A stretch of DNA of 64,000 nucleotides, taken from the human T2T-CHM13v2.0 reference genome, Homo sapiens. Both the position numbers and the translations under genes were made by a program. How positions within the stretch are numbered: the stretch's first letter is position 1; every line of letters begins with the position of its first letter. The DNA is taken from assembly GCF_009914755.1 (NCBI RefSeq), contig NC_060939.1; one strand, 5' to 3'. The notes below the pieces were generated by a model. It was not told where the DNA came from, did not search any database, and saw nothing but the letters and a program-made list of their open reading frames with translations. This document shows, one piece after another, positions 54,693 through 64,000 of this stretch.

Positions 54693-55310
54693 TGAGAGTG
54701 GCAGGAGGCAGCCAAATGCCTAGGCAGATGGTGCGGGTCCCTGGTAAAACTCCGCCTCCAAGCTGAAGACAGTTTAAAGCCTGAAAGCCAAGCTACAGCT
54801 GAAATCCTTGGACCAGATTGAGAACTTGCCTTCCTGTTTGGTGCACTTTCCTCTGATTTATCCCCACCCTTCACCTATTTTACATATACCTCCCCTTTCC
54901 TCATTGGTTTTCTACACTGTCATGTCCACCTTTGAGTGGTGTCTTTGCTTTAACCTTTTTTGCATATTCACAAACTAATCAGCACACACTCCCCATTCTG
55001 AGTCCATAAAAGGCCCCAGACCCTTTCCCACCTTCGTGTATGAATATAAACCTCACATCCCATCTCCATTGAAAGCTGTTTTCATCACCCAGTAAAATTC
55101 TTCTCTGCCTTCCTCATCCTTCAACGTCCCGTGTTTCCTCATGCTTCTTGGGTGTGGTACAAGAGCTCAGGAACTGCCGAATTCAGGTACAAGCTATAAC
55201 ACAGGCGAGCTGGGGCACACCGGTATGGCCTAGTGAGGCCTGGGTGGGGGGTGTCGCTGGCTGGGGGTTCCTCGCTTGCAAAGTGACAGAGAAAAAAAAA
55301 TCCTACATCA
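54693..55310 (+). mobile_element. ERV1-class solo LTR (LTR27/LTR28/MER61 group) with 4-bp TSD
   Basis: TG...CA ends; 'ggcaggaggcagccaaatgcctaggcagat'; ATTGG box, TATA-like CATAAAA, poly(A)-like AGTAAA; TSD TTAG at 54689-92 and 55311-14. Confidence 0.88.
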
Positions 55311-56224
55311 TTAGTTTTTTTTCAATCCAATGACTGATATGTATTTGTTGACCAGATGCTCAGAGAATGCAAGAAACTAGCAGAAAAGGAAGAACCAAGA
55401 AGCCATCTCCTAATGAAAAACATCAGTTACTTAAACCCCCATGCAATGAACCAATCACCAATACAGGAAAATTTATTCCTAGAAAACCAAAAGTGAAGAC
55501 AATGATTATGACTGTATATACACAGCAGCCCCATAGCATTTTGAAAACAGAAAAATTAGGAAAAGATTATTTGATGATTATCCTAAAAGCTAAGGATACT
55601 TTTCAATGGATTCACAAACTTTCAGTTTTGCTGTCTCTTTTTCTTTGTCTTTTCTAGACTTGCAAGCTGGATAGGGCAATCCAAATGGTAATCTGTGTCG
55701 TTGTGAACACAGTAGAATAAAATCAGTGAGCTCTGAGAGCCCAAGAGGATGATTTAATCTAACATTTCAATTTATAAAGAAAGGAAATTAAGTCGGTAAA
55801 ATTTCTCACTAAGATCATATGCAGTGATTCCTCGATTTTTAGATTTCATAGGCCAGTACTTTTTTAAAAATTGAGAAGTGGGTGTAAATTATTTTATTGT
55901 TGGTGCTTGTTGTTTTGGTTTAATATCACTGTATGTTCACATATAGTGATCTATCACATCTAATATCACTATATGTTCATAATTGGTGGCCACTAACTGT
56001 TGGTTAGGTGTTTAGGAGTTACTACTGTGTCACTGAATAAACTTTGAATTTAAGCCTCAGTAACAAAAGGAAGCATTTTTCAGGCAGTTGGACCTCATTG
56101 GAACATCTTTAAAGTTTATTCTAGTGTATGCTTAAACTGAGGAAGCCACTCACAATAAGCTGCATTGACTGAGAAGGTAGTAATCTGGGGTAAAAGAAAT
56201 CTTACATTAGAATAAAAGTGATAA

Positions 56225-56550
<326 letters not shown>

Positions 56551-56789
56551 GCTATGTTTGTTTTTATGGTTATGACTACAGCATTAAAATCAGCTCTGTG
56601 GAGTTTGACAAGTCATTATTACCTTTTTGAATTTAATTTCTATCATGTATATTACAAAAGAAACCCTCCTACAGATTAAACTCTGGAAAATACAAGACCC
56701 TGTAGAGTGAAAAAGAGTAGACAGATTCTGAAGAGATGTTAACATTTGCATGAAGGAAATGACATAGCATGAGTTTCCTATTTTTTGTT

Positions 56790-57400
56790 GCTTTTAGCCT
56801 GAGAGTAGGATGAAGCCAGCATACATGGAGCAGCTAACAACTTCTATAGAAATCCTTGGTATTTCTGGCATAAAGAACCAAAAGACAGAATTGGGGCAAC
56901 CACAGTCATACAAAGGGTAGGTAGGGGAAGTCCTGGAAAAGAAAAGAGCCCTAGAGAAGGTAAGCAACACATTCTGTGTGTAGTCTGTGGAAATCTCTAA
57001 CTGACTTTTGAACTATACATTCACAGGGAAGACTGCAAACAGCCAGTCTACGAATAAGAGAACTGAACTGATATTTGAGTTGCTGCCGAAGAGAGAGTTT
57101 TATTTTAGTTTGAGGCAAGTCAAGTTACTCGCCAAAGCAACAAAAACAATCAATAATCTTTGCAAGAACATAATATAATCCAGAGTCTCCACAAAAGCTC
57201 TCATAGTTAGCCAGAATATAATTTAAAATTTAGAAATCTGGAAAAGATATTCATTTTCAAGAAGGAAGACAAGTAATGGAGACCTATACCATGATGAAAA
57301 CTCAGATGTTGGGATTTGTAGACAAGGATTTTAAAGCAGTTATTATAGCTGTGCTCAGTGACATAAAGCAATATAAGCTCATAAAGAATGAAAAGTTATA
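56790..57400 (+). mobile_element. L1ME-type 5'UTR/ORF1-start fragment
   Basis: 'cagaattggggcaaccacag', 'atccagagtctccaca', 'cagatgttgggatttgtagacaaggattttaaagcagttatta'. Confidence 0.7.
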
Positions 57401-57780
57401 AAGGTGTTAACTCATTTGTTCAGATAGTCTGTGGCTATGCTTTTCAATGCCTTTGAAGAGACACAGTTCTTGCCTTCTTAGAGTGTATAATTTAATAGTA
57501 GAATAATTAATGGGGTATAATATGGTTCTATAAATATATGATTTCAAAAATAAGGAATGAAGGAGAATTCTTCATAAATACACATATGTCCAGACATTCT
57601 TGCCTTGTACAACAGGGACCCAATTGAATTAAGGCTGGAGATATGATTTGACTTCAAATTTTCTATAGGCATGGTCCACAAAGCCAACAAATTGATAAAG
57701 TTAGGTCCTCACACCTGTTGAGCAATCATCATGATCATGACCATCATCACAGCAATAATATTAATAACTGATAATAGTAA

Positions 57781-57833
57781 TTAGGTGCAATTACTTTTGT
57801 AACTGGTGCAATTACTTTTGCACCAACCTAATA
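57781..57833. mobile_element. Rearranged MADE1 (Hsmar1-derived MITE)
   Basis: Intact right TIR GCAATTACTTTTGCACCAACCTAA followed by TA; partial left TIR TTAGG. Confidence 0.85.
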
Positions 57834-57945
57834 ACGGATATGTTTAGATGTTACTTTTACAAAAGAGCTTACACATTTTATTATAAAACTTGAGCCTTCC
57901 AACCAACCTGTAAAATATGGCAGCAATTATTCACATTCTGAGAGT
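57834..57945 (-). mobile_element. MIR fragment
   Basis: 'ttgagccttccaaccaacctgtaaaatatggcag'. Confidence 0.5.
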
Positions 57946-60029
57946 ACATGCAGAAGTAAAAATAAGGGGAGCATTTTCATATGGATTTTTTCTTTGCAAA
58001 AATAGAAATATATTAAATATATTGCAAGCATTCACTCAAATCTCTATGTCTAGTGAGCTTTCAGTAGCAATCTAGGTTTTATAGGAGGAAAACAAGCTTT
58101 ACCTACCACGAAATCAATGATGAACATTTGGGATTATCAAAGCTTTCTGGCAACTGTGTTTTTCCAGAAACCTATCTTAAGAATGAGTTCCTCAGTGATG
58201 ATTAGAGAGTGAAATGCACCCAGCTTCACATTTCAATGCTCCTTCCCAATTAGAATGGCATTAGAGTGAAAGTGTATCTATATAATTGTATGAAGAATAG
58301 ATCTAATTTTCTCAATGTCACTGCAATATCACCTTTCAGGACTAACAGCACTGAATGATTACGCATATCATTTGGTAATTGTATTTTTATCCATTCCACA
58401 CTGGGAGCTGATTTTTAAAAGTGGACATGCAATTAGATTATAAATGAACACATATCAACCAGCCCTCAAAGACAGCAATATGTCAGCATTAAACCAGCTG
58501 CATTTTAACTACTGTCAGTGTCACTGTCAGTGTTTGTGGCTTGTCAACACTCAGCAGTGATGGACATAGGGATTCTGAGTTTCACCTTTAAAAATAAAAA
58601 GGAAAGTGACTGAGAAACTCGAAACTCAGAGAGAGTGGCCTTCACAAAGCGAGAGCTTCGCTGGCTGTTGGATATAACTTAAAAACAAGCTGTGATAGAG
58701 AATCAAGATTAAATGCCCACCATTGCTGTGAGATGTTACTTTTTGAATGCTGCAGAGAGTGTGTATTGGTAGAGAAGAGGCTATCATTCTGTCTCACCGG
58801 CTACAAAACAGAGGATCCCCAGGGAACAAACAGAGCTCTGAAGTGCCAATTAATCATAGCATACATTGGTGAAAATATTTCAGGTCAGGAGTTGAAATTT
58901 ATATAGCTATCTGCATTTAAATTACAGTTTCTAAAAGTAAAATGTATAGAAGAAGGTGAAGTTGAGGCTGTAAGTTATGGCTTCAAGACCTCCTGAATAG
59001 TACTGAACTCACTAATGCACAATCATACATTTTAATAAATACAATTATTTGGTGTGCAGTTGAAGTCTCATTATCATACTAACTAAAGGCAAATTTGTAG
59101 ACCAATTCTGATCCTTGGACTTGGTTGGGAGCAATCACGGGACATTTAAAATGAGGGTATTTTTCACATGGGACAAATGATGAGAAGTAATTTTGATTTC
59201 CCTGTGCTAATAACACAGCAGTTAACAACCACACTCTGCCTCATTATGATGGAGTATTCACTCCATGGCATGAAAATGTCTGTCAAAAACTCCATTCTCT
59301 TTTGCAGAGTTGCTTATGCAGGCTGATGAAATGCATCATTCCTAGATAAGACCTGAGCCAGAAGTCAAAGTCTATAGCATCTCTTACAGGTTTTCATGAA
59401 GGGATACTGGACTTTCTTTAAAGTTTCAAACATCGACATGTAGATGGGCTGTGACTGCACCTGCAGATGTAAAATGCATGCCTTGGGTTATTGCCTTAGA
59501 CTGTCTTTCCCTTCCTGGAGGAACATGGCCTGCAGTATTCGATGAGGTCCTGGAGTGTGTAGAAAGAGGATCTCTTACTGCGCTGGATATAGTGGGTGGG
59601 GTCAAGAGAAGCCAACCAAAAGCCTGTATCTGGAGAGAATTGTAAATTAACTAGAGAGATTATCAACCCAGGTTACCACTCCATTGGCCTCAGATTAAGC
59701 AGACAAACATATGAGAACATTGTACGCAAATGGAAAAACTAAACGACTGTTGGAGAATTTGAAGCAGAAGTTCAGAGGAAGAGCCTGAAAAATTCCTTAG
59801 GTGGAAAGAATAGGTGAAGCCATTTACTTCACTTAGGAATTCCTTTCTCACTGTTGATCCTGCTTTAGCACTCGATTCCCCCTATTACAGTTGGTTACGT
59901 CAAGAATGGTCTCATCTGATAGCCTGTGTATATCTTGAAGCAAGAATTATTAATATTTTGGGGTATCCATGAGTGGCCATGGGCTAGGCTAAAAACAGGG
60001 GCTCAGTAAATATTTCGAAAGTCTTCTTT

Positions 60030-60709
60030 TAAAATTAGGCAATGGTTTTCTACTACATTTAGATACGACCCAGACTTCTTAGCAGGATCTATGATGTAAG
60101 TCATTCCCGCCTCTCACTTTTTATTTCAACTTGCCATCTACCGTGATCAATATGCATTAGCTAAAATAGCTTTTTATTTTCAGTTTTCTAAATATCCCAA
60201 GCTTTTGGCAAATAAACTATTCCTTTTGCTTGGATTTTCCTTTCCTTTCTTTCTTCGTATGACTTTATTTATTTATTTATTTGGTTTTGTTTTTTCCTAA
60301 CTTTCAGTTCTCAGCTTAAATGATAATTCCTTAGAAAGGTTTTTTAGGCATGAAAGTATATGCTATTTGTTACTCTCTTTCATAGCACCTAGTTTTTACC
60401 CATTTAGAGTGATAAACTATTCCTGTTTGCCCAGGACTGGGGGGTTGTCTGGGATGCAGTTCTTTCAGAACTAAATCTAGGATAGCAATATGCAAAAAAG
60501 AATGGCTGGTTATTCTACTCATAGAACTTACTTATTTTGAACTATTTTTAAGTATATTTTTGTTTACTTGTGGAATATCTACCTCTTCTATTAGGCACTA
60601 AGGTCCATGGAGTAGAAGACCACGTCTTTTTTTGCTCACATCGTGTACTCTATATCTCTCATAGAGCCAGACACTTAGTAGGTACTCAATAAATATTAAA
60701 TGAATGAAT
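60030..60709 (+). mobile_element. L2 LINE 3' fragment
   Basis: 'ttcagttctcagcttaaatg'; ends 'gtaggtactcaataaatattaaatgaatgaat'. Confidence 0.8.
60405..60517. mobile_element. MER81 (hAT-Blackjack MITE) inserted in L2
   Basis: About 113 bp, 'tagagtgataaactattcctgtttgcccaggactg...ggctggttattcta'. Confidence 0.75.
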
Positions 60710-62031
60710 CAAAAAACTAGATGCTGGGAGTTCAGAAAAATAAATTTACATTTGGAGTCAGCTACACAAAGTTGCGGTTGTAGGATGTAGAGAGCTCTTT
60801 GAGTTCTATAAGGAAGTAGAGAGAGACACAGATGCTTTGTTTCTATATATAGGTGGTGGGAAGGGGAGACATGACTAGGAGAGAGAATAGGGATCAGAAG
60901 ATAGGATAACCGAAATAAATCATGCCTCAGAAAACAAAGAAGTAATCTCAAGAATGAGATTGCTTCTAGGTTTCTTGTATTCCTACCCAAAGGTTCAGGG
61001 AACATGCATTTTAAAGGCATTCTTCTGAGTGCAGATTAAGGGTTTATAAAGAAGTCACAATGACCATATAGGATATCTAGTTGGAGACAATTAATTTCCT
61101 TCAGAAAGAAATATTTGACAATTGTGCTAAATCAAGCAGTGACTTACAAAAGAAGTTGAAGACAAAAGCAGTAAAAGTGGAGAAATCCTGTTTATTCATC
61201 GTCCAACCATCCATACCTCCAACCATCTAGCTATAATATAACACATAAGAGGCAATAAGAGAGTAATAACTATGAACATCTTGACATTTGTTATACCAAA
61301 ACATATTCCCAAATATGCCAAAGTTGTTATACATGAGATAATTTTGGGTTATTGTAGAAAAATAAAAGGCTGGAGATAAAATACTGTTCCTAGATTTATA
61401 GCAACATCAGCCCACATCTAATCTGTGATCCTTTCTTCCTGCAGGGCACTGGGTCCTAGTGAGAGTAATAAGGCTATGTGGAACGTTAAATACACTGTAA
61501 GCCATTGTTTCCCAAAGTGCAGCCATTGGAAAACTCTTCCAAAAGATTACCTGAAAAATAGTTACATGGTGAAAACCATTTGGAAAATGTCGCATTGCCT
61601 TGAGGATTCATAATACATCCTAACGATACGGATGGCATTTTAAGACACTTAATCTACTTTTTTCTATCCTGTAGCTTCCAGTTCCTCCCATGGAATTAGG
61701 TCCTGTTATCACTGTCTCAGGGAGATTTATGAAGGATGGAAAGCAGAGATAATCCAAAGAGAGAGGAAGGTTTGGAGTTATTGTCAAAATGTGAAAGGAG
61801 ACTAATTTCTCTGTGAATTAATTGACACTTGAGAAGGAGGTGAAAGGTAGTGAACACTTAGAGAAGTCTGGAGGTCTTAGAAGAAAACAAGCCTGTACCC
61901 TATTCCCTGAATAGAGATGATGTGGTGGTAGGACCTCTAAGAAGGAATGGCTGTGGGTATGTTCCGGTAGATGAGACCATGTGAAATCTTGCAAGCATGG
62001 CACAGAGCGTCTTGGAACCAACCATGTAGAC

Positions 62032-62287
62032 CAGAGGCTGGCAAACTGCAGCTTGCAGGTCAAATCCAGCCCAGAATTTGTTTTTCTATAGGACACAAGC
62101 TAAGGTTAGTTTTTATATCTTAAAACTGTTTTAAAAAGTTTTGTGCATATTACATATTGTATATGGCTACTTTTACAAAACAATGATAGAACTGAGAAGT
62201 AGCAGATAGTTACAACAGTCTAAATGGCCTGCAGAGCCTAAACGATTTTCTGTCTTGTCCTTTACAGTAAGAGCTTGCTGATCCCTA
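62032..62287. mobile_element. MER58-family hAT element with perfect 8-bp TSD
   Basis: TIRs CAGAGGCTGGCAAAC / GCTTGCTGATCCCTA; TSD ATGTAGAC at 62024-31 and 62288-95. Confidence 0.88.
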
Positions 62288-62795
62288 ATGTAGACCACTC
62301 TAGAAACAAACTTGGTGGACTGATGACTTAGGACAGGATAGGCTACCCATATCTGTGAAGATTCTGGAATCAAGACCCCAACATTACTGAAGAGAAGATT
62401 ATCACCTTTGGCAGGTTGAGATCTAGATAGCATAGTTAATTTTATTATGCATCAGAGTTTGTGACTGAGATTCATATCCATGAAACAGGTTGAGATAATA
62501 CAGGCTCTAGAAAGTCTTCCTGTCAACAGACATATTAAACTAGTGTTTTCCAAAGCTACTCACCCATGATTTCTTTTGTTATACCTATTAATGTCTCATG
62601 AAAGTACTTTTCTAAGGAACACACTTTGGAAAATGCAGCTGTAGTCCAACCTTCTCATTTTACAGGGGAAAAGGCTAAGAATCAAAGGCTGGTAACTTGG
62701 ACAATGTCATACAACTGGTAAATAGAACCTGCTTCCCCTAGTATATTTTTAAACCTCTACAAATCATTTTGATTTAATCAATCAAAAATCTCTCA

Positions 62796-63083
62796 AGGTG
62801 GGGAGAAGGAGAGATTGGTCAAGAGGCACAAAGTTACAGTTAGGAGGAATAAGTTCTCTGTTCTATTGCATAGTAGGGTGACTACAGTTAACAATAATGT
62901 ATATATCAAAACAGCTAGAAGAGAGGATTTTGAATGCTCTCACCACAAGAAATGATAAATGTTTGAGATGATGGATTTGCTAATTACCCCGATTTGATCA
63001 TTATACAATGCATACATATATTGAAATATTATTATGCATCCCATAAATATATACAATTAGGATATGTCAGTTAAAATAAAAAA
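62796..63083 (+). mobile_element. L1MA (L1MA5-7-like) 3'UTR fragment
   Basis: 'aggaggaataagttct...gctagaagagaggattttgaatg...ctaattaccccgatttgatcatt'. Confidence 0.88.
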
Positions 63084-64000
63084 TATCTATCAAAATCAGA
63101 TATTTGAAAAATGCAATAGTGATTTTTGGAGTGATTTGACTGGGTTTTTGACTGGCAAATCAAATCTATGTGGTTTTCATGGAATGTATCAAAACTCACA
63201 AGCAGCAGGACTTAGATTCCGCATTTTGCAACTTTTTAAAAACGATTTTGGATAAAATGATTAATCAATCCAATGTAAAACATAGTTCTGCAAAACAATA
63301 CATTGGATTGAATTTTGATGGAATTGACCTTCTGCTTCAATTATCAGGCCAATTCAAATTGTGTCTAGAGAACAGTCCAAAATAATTTTTGAGAGTAAAC
63401 ACAAAACTTTTTGTAAAGTGAGGAAAAAATCAAATTTTCTGATCAAGTGGAAAGATGTAGATTTAGTCAATCTCTGCCTTCAAAGTGGTCCCTTTGCTGA
63501 AATTGGCAAATTGGTTACTTTCATCAGTTTCAGCCTCTGTCAATTTCAGCAGCATGGAATAGTCACACAGGCACATCAATTTCAGCCCTAGAAGCTTGTC
63601 TCTTTTGAAACTGACAGAAAGTAAAAAGAAGGAAAGCCAAAGTGTCAGGTTCTCTGGAGGCTTTGGGAAGCGCTTGATACTGAGTGACCTCTTTAGCAGG
63701 CCTGGCTTTCCAGGACCCTGTCACTGCTGGCATGATGCATTGGCTCCATACCAAGTTGCTGTCCCTGGGATCCTGTAATGAAGGCTGTTCCAATGGGGCC
63801 ACATATCCTCAAACTTAGGTCTTAAAGTCAAGTAGAGTTCAGAGTCAAATTGGCATAGTACAAAGTGAGATGGTTTCAGAATTTGAAATGAAGGTTCTGA
63901 GGCCACCACTTAACAGGCAGTGAAATCATTTAACGTTTTGAGGCTCTTTTATGATCTATAAAATGGAGTTGGTGATATCTGTGCTACTTACTAATGATAA

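Noticed and set aside
59290-59645. Acceptor TTCTCTTTTGCAG plus 64-aa ORF 59451..59645
   Set aside because: GTG start, no homology I recognise and no exon boundaries matching the ORF
63090-63560. Possible L3/CR1 RT fragment
   Set aside because: Similarity too faint to support without an HMM search

Overview
This is primate (human-like) nuclear DNA: AT-rich and CpG-depleted, with AluJ/S/Y, L1PA and THE1 elements. It is intergenic or deep intronic. I can support no host protein-coding exon, tRNA/rRNA gene, CpG island or CRISPR array. The ORF track is mostly translations of L1, Alu and LTR relics or chance ORFs. About 60% or more of the window is layered transposable-element fossils. These include a two-LTR HERV16/ERV3-16A3-like provirus (~18.0-24.2 kb) inside an old L1ME, an 11-kb stack of nested L1M elements carrying Alus, LTRs and a U2 snRNA retro-fragment (34.3-45.7 kb), and a TSD-bounded L1PA13-like element with an intact 5' end but two large internal deletions (45.9-51.4 kb). 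The most notable unexplained structure is a recurring class of fold-back (template-switch) scars, at least six, one of which makes a 79-nt pre-miRNA-sized hairpin at 41457-41535. Also notable are a ~110-bp duplication flanking a short L1 insertion and a repeat-free, motif-dense enhancer-like block at ~58.0-58.9 kb. I found no convincing new biological system. Repeat family names come from recalled consensus sequences, not a database search, so subfamily calls are approximate.
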